Shown piece after piece: positions 1-14,990 of a stretch of DNA of 64,000 bases (within the stretch, counting starts at the first letter, position 1; every line of letters begins with the position of its first letter). The notes below the pieces were generated by a model. That model saw only the letters and a list, made by a program, of their open reading frames with translations, did no database searches and was not told where the DNA came from. Location of the stretch: assembly GCA_013265495.1 (NCBI GenBank), contig MU058198.1, forward strand, positions 7,331,779 to 7,395,778, written 5' to 3'. The position numbers and the translations under genes are program-made. The DNA comes from Vicugna vicugna (lineage: Eukaryota).

Positions 1-1738
1 TACTGCATGAGTGCCAGGTGCTGAGGCGGGGCGCAGACTGAGGGCCTGGGAATGTCCTGGCAACAGGAAATGTTGGCCACAGACTCAAAGACCAGGTCAG
101 TGTGTCTGATCCCAGGGGCTCATGATAACTCCCAGACTCCTTCGCTTCCAAATGTATCATCTTCCCAAGGGGTTGTTGGGAAACACAGCAGATTCAAACC
201 TTGCGTTTTTTCCTGTTAACTCGCCAAGGCCTATTCATGTTCACTACGGCAGACAAATTTAGATGGGTACCGAACTCCTGGAAGCCCCCTTCTGGACTGT
301 GTTGGCCAACTGAAGGGCTCAAAAGTCAAGTACATTCCCACCCACTCCAGGGCCAACCAGAGGAGATACTCTCAACCAGAGGAGCAGCTGTTACAGTGAC
401 CAGGGAACCTGGAAGACAGAAAGGTGAACTGCTTTCATCCTAAACTTGAGTTTGCACATTGCTACTGACCTAGACTTTGGATGATTCATACAGTGTGACC
501 TGATCATGGGACTACTTGGATGCCTCAGAGCCAATTAAGTGAGAAAGAGAAGGTCAAGATTCCAATCTCTAGTGGGTGTCATAAATTCAGGTTGGCAGAA
601 ATTAGTAACACCAGCAGTAAAGAACACATAGATGATGCTGCTTGCTCAGCAAATGTTTTCCCTTCCAGCTGGAACTGGGACGTTGCTTCCACTTACAGCT
701 TTCTCTCAAGTTTCCTCCTGCTGGGGATCCTGAACATCTGTACCCTACAGCTGCGTCTCCTGCTCCACCCATTTGATGAGGGCTGGTTTGGGGTCTGGCA
801 GTCCTGGGAAAGAACTATAATCACTCAAAAAACATTTCTTAAAACTTCCTATGTATTCATTTAATGAAAATGTACTGGGCACCTCTGGTGTGCCAGGCAT
901 TGTTCTATATGTTCTGGGTATGGAGACACTGGTGAACCAAGATAAGATTCATGCTCTAAGTTTACACTAAGAGAGAGAGATACCAGGTAGGAGCTCTGCT
1001 GGCACAGGTGTGGAAAGGCCCTTTGGGCAGACTGTGCTCAGGAATAGAGAGATGGACAAAGAGCTGCAATTCAGAGACTTCTAGCACGGAGCATAGGAGC
1101 TCCGGAAGGAATTTCTTGAAGATGGCATTTCAAAAGGGCATTGAAGGATGTTAGATCTGGAGATCAGTATATAACAGAGCAGAACAGAAAGAACAAAGGC
1201 TCATTAAGCTAGAAGCAAGCTCAAAGAGCAAAGATTCTACTTAGCTGGAGCCAATGAGATGCTACTGTCCTTACAGTGGGAGGTGCTTGCCTGTAGAGAA
1301 AGATCTGGTCATAATTGGAGGTTAGTGTGCCACGGGTCTTGAAGGCCTGTACGGGTTCTGAACTTTTTGCAGGAAGTCCCAGGTAGCCAATGGAGGAATC
1401 TGCCCAGGGAAGCTCAGTAATGAATTTCAGTTAGGCTGATACGGCGAGCATCCAGGGAAAGAGAGCCATCCTGGGGCAGAAGTGGGGACAAATCAGGGAC
1501 CTGGCTCTGCTGATCCCACCCACCTTCTTCCCTTTTAAGAGATTCAAGACGCTGGACCTCACCGAGCGCGCTCAGGTGGAGATATGTCACCGCAAACAAC
1601 CCCCCACCCCGACTCCTTGGGGAAGAAATATATGGCCACATTCACCTCCCCGCCCCCCTCAGCCTTTTGCCCTTCCTCCTTCCCGCCAGGCCTTCACCCG
1701 CACCTCCGCTGGCAGCCCAGAGCAGGGGGCGGAATTAT
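1..1738 (-). pseudogene. Decayed KRAB-ZNF paralog (ZNF688/689/764/747 clade). KRAB-A exon relic ~1563-1738, KRAB-B exon relic 697-803, probable last-exon relic from 408 running off the window edge
   Basis: Exon 1 relic reads VNVAIYFFPKE...TYLHLSALG with the CTCG|GTGAG donor seen in ZNF688/689, but has an internal deletion and ATA at the start position. Exon 2 relic reads GLPDPKPALIKWVEQETQL*GTDVQDPQQEET* with stops at 745-747 and 706-708. Acceptor ctttctgtcttccag| at 408 is followed by an early stop. Confidence 0.8.
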
Positions 1739-1799
1739 GGGCCCAACCCTACCCCTCCAGGGAGGGACGGTAGGGCTTCAGCCTCCGCCGCAGGGTGGT

Positions 1800-2250
1800 G
1801 GTGGGTTTCGGCCGGCCTAGGGGACCGGAAATAGCTTCGGATGGGATCGCTCTAGGACGACAGGAAACGGCCCGTTACGCTAACTCGGTGGTCCCAGGAC
1901 GGAGACATGAAGGCGTCCTCAGAAAAGATGGTGGCTCTCTGTCTTCCTTCTGTTTTAGAGGAAGGCATTTAACAGCTTCAGTGTCAGCCTGGTGTTGATG
2001 ACCTGGCTCATTCACCCCTCGAGTTGTCTTCTCTTCCTGTTCTGCCATTGACCTTGCCAGCTCCTCTTGCCCACAGTTAAGATGGCCGCAGCCGCTTCGG
2101 CATCCGCGCTCAGGTCGGGCGGGTGAAAGGTGAGGCTTGGGTGCGGGTGCGCGGGCGGCGGTGAGGGGTCCAGGAGAGGGGAATCCAGGGCCGGGATCCA
2201 GGTGCCCGCGGCCAAACGTCCTCTTCCCAGTATCCGCGGCCCACTCAGTG
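1800..2250. promoter_or_regulatory. CpG-rich promoter module of the left KRAB-ZNF relic
   Basis: CpG-rich; ACCGGAA at 1824; YY1-like AAGATGG motifs at ~1926 and ~2080; similar layout to the ZNF688 and ZNF689 promoters. Confidence 0.6.
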
Positions 2251-2859
2251 ATTTGGTCGTTAAAAAAAACTTTTTTTTTTTTGCCAGGATTTGTTGTTTT
2301 TGTTTTTTTTTCATTTACAAGGTACAGAAAACTATTCAGTGAGTGTACTCCCCACCTCCACCATTCCTCTTACAGTTTCTGAAATATCCCTACAGTGATA
2401 GTCTATCTGCCTGTGCCCTACAGAGAGAGTCTGTTTTGTCTATCTATCTATGGTATTTCCACACATTTACTAGCTCTTACTGAGGACACTGGGCTGAATG
2501 TCTCTTCAGTACCTTTAAGTTCAGTAATTTTACATAAGAAGAAACAAGCCCAGTTACTACCCAAGGTTAGGCAGCGACTCCGGCTCCTAACTCGAGCCCT
2601 TCCGCTGCCTCCTCCAGGCCCATTCCAGAAACGTAACATGAACACTTCGAATTTACTGACCCTCGCTGACATTGTGAAAGCGAACTGGATTCTCAATTTA
2701 TGAAGTCATGATTGTAGTGTTAAAAGTTAGATGAGTTACTGCATGTCAGGAGTCTTGTTTTAATGCTCCATGTGTATGTGCCTTTGATTCCAAGCTCTCG
2801 TAACAGAACAGTGGCCAACTCTGCAAGAGCTGCAGTTGGTTCTGCGATGTGACTAAGAC

Positions 2860-3075
2860 ATTAATAATATTAGCTTACCTTGATCGATCACTTACTATAT
2901 GCCAGACTCTTCTAAGTGCTTTTGCTTGTTAACTCACTTAACGCTTACAACGCTTCAGAGCTCAGTACCCTTCTGGATCAGGCAGCTGAGGCACTGACCT
3001 GGTTCCAGACCACACAGCTAGTTTGGGGGAAAGCCAGGATTCAAACTCAGGCAGTCTGACTCCACAACCCATGCC
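2860..3075 (-). mobile_element. MIR SINE fragment
   Basis: MIR-like text: cttactatatgccagac...gctgaggcac...gccaggattcaaactcaggcagtctgactcc. Confidence 0.65.
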
Positions 3076-4169
3076 GCGAGGTCTCAAATTATTGAAGGCA
3101 CAATCTCAGCGAACAGAGACAGGTGGGATTTTAGGCCAGGTTACTAAGATGCAGTTGTAATGTGGAGTAGTGCAAGAGGCTGGGACCTCGGAAGTCAGAA
3201 AAGCTGCTTCTGGTCACCTATGCAATTCCATACCATTGTATTAAATGTAAAGAGAAAAAATTAAAATGAGGCACTGTCAGTATTGAAAAGTAAATAAGAG
3301 GGTTATGTTTAGGGGTCAAGTCATAGGAAAAAATATGTCATTCAGGTATTTGGGAGGTATGTGAAATTGTCCTGCAGGAGGGTGACAGGCTTCACAAAAG
3401 GTACCCTGTAGCAGCTCCCACAGGTGGTCATCTCTTGCTCAGGCCCATGCCTATGTAAGCCTGGGGTCTCCTAGCTGGTCTCTGGGCATCCAGTCCTTTG
3501 CCTTTCCCCTCCATCCAGAGCTGCAGCCTGGTGTCGTGAAAAGAGCATCAACTGAGAAATCAGAAGGTTTAGGTTCCAGGCCTACCTCTGCCACCAGCTC
3601 ACCTGTGTGGTCTAAGTAAGACCCTTTCCCTCTCTGGGCCTCAGCCTTTCTGAGTATATTCTATGGAACAGTATCCCATCAGATGGGAGCACGTGGTCTT
3701 CCCTAGGCCCCTTGGAGAGTCCTCTCAACAAAGAAACCTATTCTACTCTTGGCTTCCCCAACCCTGCTTAAAGTACTGAACCAGACATCTCCAAGAGCTC
3801 CCTTTCAGCTCCAAAATGCCACAGTCCACCCTGTTCTCACCCCCAGGCCCACCCCAGGAACTGCTCCTCCATCCTCCTCACTCAGCCAAAAACCTTGTCA
3901 TCGTCCTGGGCCCCTCCAATGTTCCAGCCCCCACATCCAGCCAAGACCCGAGTTCCCACTTCACCTGAGCCTCTGACCTGTATTCTGCCCAGATCTGACT
4001 GCTCGTATATGTTGGCACTGTGCCCGTTTCCAGCTTTGCTGCCTTGTAGCAGTGAAACTTTGAACCTCAGTTTACTCATCTGTAAAATACGACTATTAAT
4101 ATCCATCCCTGCCTCAGCAGACTTCTTTTCACCTTCTGAAGTGTAAAATATTGACAACGATTCACTCTT

Positions 4170-4390
4170 TCAACAAATGTTTATTGCACATTTACTATGT
4201 CATACATATTATCTTGCTGATTTCAGTCTTCACAGTAACCCTTTGAGGTAGATATTATTGATCCTCATTTTACAGATGAGGGGGCTGAGGCTCAGGGAGG
4301 GCATGTGACTTACCGGCTGTGCCCGGGGTGAGTTGCAGAGACTAGGTCTGCACCTGGTGCTTCTGTGCTCTTTCCACCCACTTCACTGCC
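4170..4390 (-). mobile_element. MIR SINE fragment
   Basis: MIR core ctcattttacagatgaggggctgaggctcag. Confidence 0.65.
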
Positions 4391-4615
4391 TGGGTTTCCT
4401 GTTGGTGTCAGTTAGTCAGGGTTTGGCCATGCCCTACATCTGAGGTCTCCTCCCCAGCCTTAGACCCCTCAGCATTTACCTGTAGATAAGCTGTGAGGGG
4501 ATTTTTTTTAGGAGACACTGTACATGATCTCGGTTGCACCTGTTACTGATAACACTTAGTCCAGCATCTCACTCTCTTCATTTTTTTAAAAAGACTGGGA
4601 AGAGGGGATGTTAAG

Positions 4616-4621
4616 TTTAAT
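4616..4621 (-). terminator. Probable ZNF688 poly(A) signal (ATTAAA)
   Basis: tttaat on the + strand, about 180 nt past the ZNF688 stop codon. Confidence 0.45.
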
Positions 4622-4799
4622 CTATTTGAATCTTTACAGGCACTTCTCTTTTTACAAGTTTGAAAACTTGAGGGATCCTTGAGGGAATCAAAGGGATGAA
4701 TTCTGGGTCCCAAGTCCCTGAATCAGTGACCGTCCTCAGGGCCCACCCAGTCAGTCCGTAGCTCGGAGATCAGGCTTGAGCCCAGCCAGCAGGAGCTGC

Positions 4800-7570
<2,771 letters not shown>

Positions 7571-7719
7571 GAGCTGGAATTGGAATGGGGAAGTTTTAAA
7601 TTCCATTTTAAGTTTTTCCAAATTAATGGACATAGTTTTTTAAAAAGTAATGCACAAGGTTTATGATGAAAAAGGCAGTTTCAGTATCCTTTCCTCCTGT
7701 CCCTAGAGTCAGCTTTGAA

Positions 7720-8410
7720 CTTTTTATTGGTATCAATTATATTGTACAGTACGCACAGTAAAATGCACAGATCTTCAGTGTGAAATTTGTCTAGTTTTTG
7801 ACAAAGATGTACAACAATGTTAACCATCACCCCAAACAAGATGCAGGACATTGATGTCACCCCTGAATGTTTCCTTGTGCACCCTTTCCAGTCAATACAG
7901 TTTTTTTTTTTGTGGTGAAATATTTTTAAACTACTTTTAAGTTTGCAATTCAGTGGCATTAATTACATTCACAATTTTGTGAGATCATCAGCACTGTCTC
8001 TTTCTAAAACATGATTTTCATGATCACAAAAGGAAACCTAGACCCCATTAAACAGTCACTTCACAGTCCCCTTTCCCCCAGTCCCTGGTAACTTCTAATC
8101 TACTTTATGTCTCTTTGAATTTGCCTACTGTAGGTACCTCATAAAAGTGGAATCATACAATATTTTTCCTTTTGTGTCTGGCTTGTGTCACTTAACATTA
8201 ATGTTTTCAAAGTTCATCCATGTTGTAACATATATCAGAACATCATTCCTTTTCTTAAAAATTGTGGTAAAATATACATAACAGTTATCATTTTTAACCA
8301 TTTTTAAGTTCTGTGGCATTAAGTACATTCCCATTGTTGTGCAGTCATCACTACCATCCATTCCAGAACTTTTTCATCTTCCCGAACTGACTCAATACAC
8401 TTTAAACACT
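7720..8410 (-). mobile_element. Nested old L1 (L1M) 3'-end fragments
   Basis: Typical L1M 3'UTR text: agtggaatcatacaatattt...tgtgtctggctt...ttcatccatgttgta; gtggcattaagtacattc. Confidence 0.75.
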
Positions 8411-9293
8411 TAGCTGTTTTGTTCTGTTTTTTTCCTGGAGCTTCTGTTAAAAAGTACACTTTGACAGCTTTTTCTTGATACATTCATTTCAGGCACTATG
8501 GGCATCCTGCTATGATACTTGATACTTAATTTCTAGCCCCATTCCCTTCACCTTTCTCCAACATACATAATGCAATGTTATTGTAAATAATATTTCTATA
8601 TATGCTATTATTACCTTTCTTGTCAAATGTAAAAGCATACACTTTCTGGAGGTTGTTAATACAGGAAAGCCCTGAAAACTGGAGTTAAACGGGAGGGGCC
8701 AACAATATTGACTCGCCTCTGTGTCAGGCATTGAGGGTTGTGATGGTCCCAGCCTCCACGGAGTTTACAATACTGGAGCTTACAATCCCAAGCTTGTTTA
8801 TGATTCCTTTGCAAACAGCCATTGAATAACCTTTGGTGCCATTCAAGGGCATCATCAAAAAGTCTGTTCTTGGAAATGCCCTCGCAGTTCCATGGGAAGA
8901 CCTTATGGAAACAAACATTTATTATGCCATCTTGGCTGCAGAAAACGTTTTATTTTAAAAATCTCTGATGAATGGCATTACCCAATTACACTGTGATCCA
9001 CACAATTAATATCCAAAAGAAGCATTTGTCTTCATTTTTTGACACAAAGAAAATCAAATTACATATGCATTTCCTCTTTCCCTCGGCTGCCTTGGAAGCT
9101 CAAATTATTTTACATTAAATTGGGGTTTTCCAGTGTAATTAAAAGGTACTACAAGTCCCAGTTTAGCTGTTCTGTTGAGCCATTTTGCAGTGGGAGGCGA
9201 ACCCTTCCGGAGATGAGGGGACAATGTGTGTTAAGGATCCTAGTTGGGGAGGGGGTTCTCAAAGGTCACGTCCTGTGGTTTGAAGTGAAGTAC

Positions 9294-9740
9294 CTGCTAC
9301 TTTTACCTCGTCTCTGCTGACGGCTGCTGGGCTCCGCGCCTCCACCTCTCCTACTCAAGATATATAAGCGGGTTTGGAGCCTGAAAATCCTACAAAGGTG
9401 AACCACTGGGTTCGACTGAGTATCCGAAAGGAGAGGTGCGTGCCCAGTGCTCCACACAGCCAGACCACTCGCCTTTGGGGAAATCAATTCCCCCTTCCCA
9501 CAGATTACTGGGTCCTGGCAGGCCGCCGGGCCTCACCGAGCGCGCCCAGGAGGCCGAAGGTCTCCCGCATTACGTCCCGGTAAGGGACACTTTGCGCCGG
9601 CCACCGATACTCCGCGAGTCCAGCAGGCAGAAGTACACGCCCACGCCCGCGAACCTCACGGCCCCTGGGCTGCTTTCCCTAGTTAGCCTGGGCCCGGCCT
9701 CTCTGGGCATATCAGCCAGTGAGAGATGGACCAGGGGCGA
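9294..9740 (-). pseudogene. ZNF785: ZNF785 remnant: KRAB-A exon 9537-~9740 (frameshifted), KRAB-B exon 9294-9389 (nonsense), no zinc-finger exon found
   Basis: REAGPRLTRESSPGAVRFAGVGVYF...[16 protein letters not shown] and GFSGSKPAYIS*VGEVEARSP resemble human ZNF785 as recalled ([47 protein letters not shown]). Lies between ZNF688 and ZNF689 as in human. +2 frameshift gives TAA at 9570-9572; TGA at 9355-9357. Confidence 0.8.
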
Positions 9741-9749
9741 GGCCGTGAG

Positions 9750-10210
9750 AAACCATCCTGTGCTTCGCGGAGAGGCTTCCGGGAAATGTGGAAACGCTCT
9801 GAGCTGTTTCCGTCCTTCCTCAGAAACTGTCCTTAAGGGCCTGCCGTCCTGCCCTTAACCAAAATGGCGCCTCTCCGGCCTCATCCTTGCTTTTCTTGTC
9901 TGCCCTTACATACCAAGGGGCAAGCCGGAAGGGAGGTTGGACTCGGATAGAGTAACCAGCAGATAGATGACGTGCGTTGATTAGACAGCGCCGGTCGACA
10001 GGGGAAGAAGGAGGGCTGTGATTGGTCATTCCGGGGCGGCCTGTTTGAAAGGCCTTCGGCCGGCGGTGAGGGGCGGCAAGATCTCCCTTCATCTGGCTTC
10101 CCTGGGACAGGAACCTAAGAGAGAGATTCTGACGGAGTAGAGGTTCTGCTACTCTCAGGAGACTTCTTACGGGCAGGTCCGGATATCCGGGGCTTGGAGG
10201 TGAGTAAAAG
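9750..10210. promoter_or_regulatory. Retained CpG-rich promoter of the ZNF785 remnant
   Basis: AAAATGGCGCC at 9861; block homologous to ZNF688 7039-7095; CCGGAAG ~9925; TGACGT ~9968; ATTGG at 10021. Confidence 0.65.
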
Positions 10211-10661
10211 CCCAAGGGCAAGACAGGAGGATTCTGGAGGTAAAGGAGTGAGGGTCAGCCTGTCTCAACACTTCTCTCAGTACATCGGCAGGGCTAGCCA
10301 CGTGGGCTGCAGAAATAGGTTCCTAATTGGTAGCTTATCTGGCCCAAACTCCAAGGTCACAGATATCTCCCCTTTTACAGACAGTAAAACTGAGAGATGG
10401 GGCAGGTGACTGCTCAGGGACAGTGGAGTCGGATTCAGAGTCATCTTCTGGCTCCTGTCTAAGTTTGAACTTAAGTTCTGCTAAGTGCTTAGGGTAGTGC
10501 CCTGCACAAAGTAAGTACTCAATAAATATATGCTTATAGTTGTTATTGTAATTATAATACTACCTGGACCCTGCCTCAATCAGGAAAACTTCCAAATCAC
10601 AGCTCATAAATGAATAATAACACGGAAATGAATCAGATTATCTCTTAAGAGTGTTTTCTGT

Positions 10662-12260
10662 TCTGGATCAAGATGGTGGAGTAGGAGGACCCTGAGCTCA
10701 CCTCCTCCCAGGGATACACCAAAACTACAACTACATGTAGAAAAACTCTCTCTGAGAACTGACCTGAAGACTAGCGGAACAGATTTTCTACAACTAAGGA
10801 CATAAGGAAAAGGTCACATCAAGAAAGGTAGGAGGGGCAAGGTCGTGGTCTAGTGAGACCCCTGCCCCCTTCCCCGTGGGGCAGGCCACAGCAGGAGGGA
10901 TATCACACCGCAGAGGTCCCCCGTGAGGAGAAAGGGGTCCAAGTATCATATTAGGCTCCCCAACTTGGGGACCTGCACTAGGAAGATGAGCCCCCATTAC
11001 ATTTGGCTTTGAAAACTAGCAAGGCTGACATCTGGGAGAGCCTCAGGGCTGTGGGAAAGGGAAGAGACTCCAGTCGTAAAAAGACTCACACACAAACTCA
11101 CTGGCTCCAAGTCCTTCCACAGAGGCTGCAGCTTGAAAAGCGCCTGGGACACACACAAGGATATTCATTGACTAATTTTAGAGCGTGCACCAGAGTATCA
11201 CAGATCTGTTGGAAATTTCTCTGCGGATGGAAGCAGTTTCAGGGGCCATTTGTTTTTAACTTTCTTGCCACCTAGCTGGCCTGGTGCTGGTGAGCGCCAT
11301 TTCTCTCGCTCTCCATCAGCCTTGGTAACACCATATGCCCTGCCCCTGCTTTCCCCTGAGGTCCCAGGGGGTCAGCCCAGTCACAGCCAGGTCCTATAGA
11401 AAGCTGGGCCAGGGACCAGCCCCACCTACCAGGGTGTCTGCAGCAGTCACAACTGAGCAACACAGCCAGTCCACCTGAGGACCAGCCTCACCCACCAGCA
11501 CACCCGCAACAGCTGCACACAGGGCCTACGTTTGGAGTTCCTGGCTCTATTGACCAGGGGAGACTGCACCACTGGGCCCCACGGGACACTTCCTACGTAA
11601 GGCCACTTTTTCAAAACTGGGAGACAAAGTCAATATACATAGAAACAAATGCAGAGAGTAAGGCAAAACAAAGAAACTACGGAATATCTTTAAAGGAAAA
11701 AACAAGACAAAACCTCAGAAAAATAACTAAATGAAGTCGAGACAAGCAGTTTATCAGATGAAGAATTCATGGTAGCATTCCAGAGATGCTCACTGAACTC
11801 AGGAGGGAAATTGATGAATACAGTAAGAATTCAAGAAAATGCTAGAAGATGTAAAAAAAAAGATTAGAAATTCTGAATTCAGTAATTGAAATAAAAGATG
11901 AACTGATGGTATACAACAGTAGATATGAGAATGCAAAAAAACGGACCAGTGATCTGGAAGACAAGGGTAATGGAAATCACCCAATCAGACCAGAGAAAAG
12001 AAAAAAGAATCCAAAAAAAGCTAGGATAGTTTAAGGGACCACTGAGAGAACATCAAGCAGACTAACATTTGCTTTAGGAGTCCCAGAAGGAGGAGAGAGA
12101 GAAAGGGACAGAAAACCTATTTGAAGAAATAATGGCTGAAAACTTCATTCACCTCGCAAACAAACCAGACAGCCAAGTCTAGGAAGCACCGAGTCCCAAA
12201 TAAGTTGGACCGAAAGAGACCCACACCAAGATACATAATTAAAATGTCAAAAGTTAAAGA
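10662..12260 (+). mobile_element. L1 5' portion (5'UTR + decayed ORF1)
   Basis: Begins caagatggtggagtaggaggaccctgagctcacctcc (L1 5'UTR type). ORF1-like A-rich text: ggagtcccagaaggaggagagagagaaaggg...tttgaagaaataatggctgaaaacttc. Confidence 0.85.
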
Positions 12261-12599
12261 CTGTTTTTAAACTTTTCTAACAAAATATTTACAAAATCAG
12301 ACAAGGAAAGTTCTAGAGATATATAACAAAAAGCTGTCCATCCCTACAGTGAAACCACTTTGAAGATCTATCTTTAAAATTCATGTGAGTTTGCATTCCA
12401 TTTCATAATATAATGAAATGCAAAAGAATATATAGTGAAAAGTAAATTTCACAAGTGTTGAACTCTCATACTACTGGTGGAGTGTAAGTTGGTACAATCA
12501 CTTTGGAAAACAGGCAGTGCACACGAAAGCTGAATATATTCAATACCCTATGACCTTGTAAACTTCATCACAATTGGGATTTTGATAGGGGTTACATTT

Positions 12600-13760
12600 A
12601 TTCCTAAGTATTATATTCTTTTAATGCTATTGTAAATCGAACTGTTTACTTAATTATCTTTCTGGATTGTTCATTTCTAGTATATAGAAATGCAACTGAC
12701 TTTTTGTGTGTTGATTTTGTATCTTGGAACTTTGCTGAATTCATTTATTAGCTCATTTTGTATGTGTGTAATCTTTAGTGTTTTTTAGATATAAGATCAT
12801 GTCATCTGTGAGTAGAAATAACTTTACTCGTTCCTTTCTAACTCGGTTGCCTTTTATTTCTTTTTCTTGCTACTTGCTCTGGCCAGAACTTCTAATATAA
12901 AATTGACTAGAAGTGGCAAAAGTGGGCATTGTTCCTGATTGTAGGAGAAAAGCTTTCAGTCTTTCACCATTGAGTATGTTGTTGGCTGTAGGGTTTTTAT
13001 ATATGGCCTTTATCATGGTGAGGAAGTTTCCTTTTGTTTCTAGTTTATTATGTGTTTTCATCATGAAAGGATGTTGAATTTTGTCAGATTCTTTAATTGC
13101 ATCAATTAAGATGAATTTGGTTTTTTTCCCCTTCATTCTATTAATGCGACATATTACATTAATTTTTCTTTGTTGACCCATTCTCAAATCCCAGGAATAA
13201 ATCCCACTTAGTGTATAACCCTTTTAATTTACTGCTTTGCCTTGCTAGTATGTTGTTCAGGATTTTTATGTCAATATTCATACAGGGTATTTGTAATTTT
13301 CTTGTAATGTCTTTGGCTTTGGTATCAGTGTAAGCATTTTTTAAATATATTCTGGATACAGATTCCCTTTCACATCTATGACTTGCGGATATTTTCTCCT
13401 CATTCTGTGAATTGTTTTTTCACTCTCTTCAAGCTGTCTTTTGAAGCACGAAAGTTTTAATTTTGATAGAATCAATTAATTTTATTTATCTATTTTTTTT
13501 TGGTCACGTGTGCTTTTGGTATCATAGCTGAGTAACGATTGCCTAATCCAAGATCACAAACACTTATGCTTATATTTTCTTCTAAGATGTATAGTTTTAG
13601 GTTTTACATTTAGGTCTGTGGTTCAAGTTAATTTTTGTATATGGTTAAAGGTAGAGGTCCAACTTCATTCTTTTTTATGTCATCCTAGCACCATTTTTTG
13701 AAGACTGTTTCTTTCCTTGAATTGTCTTGGCACCTTTGTTGCAAACCAATTGATAATAAT
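12600..13760 (-). mobile_element. L1 ORF2 fragments (RT region and downstream)
   Basis: ORF 12870-13187 translates as ILIDAIKESDKIQHPFMMKTHNKL...KAIYKNPTANNILNGERLKAFLL, i.e. L1 ORF2 reverse transcriptase; a second ORF2 piece follows. Confidence 0.9.
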
Positions 13761-14627
13761 TGGAAAAGGGTAGGAAGCTTTATAGCATGTGTCTTTGCCA
13801 GTGTAACATGGTCCTTCATCAAGGGGACCCAGCCTCCCTTCATTCAAGGGATTGTTAGTCTGGAATTGGCTCAAGTCTGAGAATTTGTTGAGGCCAGAGC
13901 TCAGCAAGATGTGGAGCAGTATGAGACCCACGGAGGAGCATCTCCTAACACCTACTTTATGGGGTTCTCATACAAACTGTAGATTGGTATGTATACAAAG
14001 TTCTTAGCACAGTACATGGCACATCATAAGTGTTCAACAAAGTGGCTCTGATACTATTGCAGTAGGCCGAAGAATAAACAAAGTGGGTAATAGTGTCTGT
14101 AAGCTACTGTTGTTTTGAGAAACTTAGCTGAAAATAGGAGATAAGGAGTGAGGCCAAAGGGAAATTTGTTTTTAAAGACAGATTTTAGCATATTTATAGG
14201 TTGGCATGTACATGTTCCAGACAAGAGGGGGACTCTGAAACCGTAAAACTAAGAGAGAATAGACGGAGCAAAGTCTCTGAGAGGGCAGAAGCGGATACAG
14301 TCCAGGCACAACTCTACTGATGTGCACTGCAGACAAGGGACTTGCCCTGAGCTGGCATGGAAGCGAGTAAATACTAGTGGTCACACTGGCAGATGTGGAG
14401 TCACAGTGGGGAGTGGAATGTTAGGGGAGTTCCTATTTGACATCTTGTGTTTTCTTAGTGAAGGAGAAGGCAGTCACTGGTTCAGGATGTATGAAAGACA
14501 TGTTATGTTGAAAGTCCAACTGAGGTTGGAGTGGAAAGGCTGGCCCTTCTCAGCAGCATTGCAATTTTTTTTCTTCATAGCTCATATACAGCCATGAAGA
14601 CAGATGGGAGATTAACTCATACTGGGG

Positions 14628-14990
14628 CTGTGGGTTAGTTAATTCTTTTGGTTGCAAGTAACAGAAAGTCAAACTACCAGAAGCAGAAGGGAGAAGTATT
14701 TGGAAGAATACTGGGATCTCCCACTGAATATAGGGCTGTAGTCACAGTTGGTCATTGAATGGATCCTGGAACTGAAGTGCATTCAGAAACCTAAGAAGTT
14801 GTCTCCCACCTCAGCCCTCCATGGACCACATACTGGAACTTGGCCACCAACGGCTCCCAATCCAGGCCCAAAGAAATTTCTAAAATTCCTAGGTAAGGAA
14901 ATAGCCTGGTGATAGAGGTAGGGAAAAGAGCAAGTTCTGAAACTGGGGGTAAGGAGGAATTTTAATAGGTCTCTACTGGGGGTGGGCGCA
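14628..14990 (-). mobile_element. Old MaLR LTR (MLT1-like) fragment
   Basis: tgtgggttagttaattcttttggttgcaagtaacagaaa resembles the reverse end of old MLT1 elements. Confidence 0.5.

Noticed and set aside
8450..9120. Possible DNA transposon fragment or remains of the ZNF785 finger exon
   Set aside because: No C2H2 pattern seen, and I could not assign a repeat family with confidence.
12870..13187. Reverse-transcriptase-like ORF
   Set aside because: Decayed L1 ORF2 fragment, not a gene or retron-like system.
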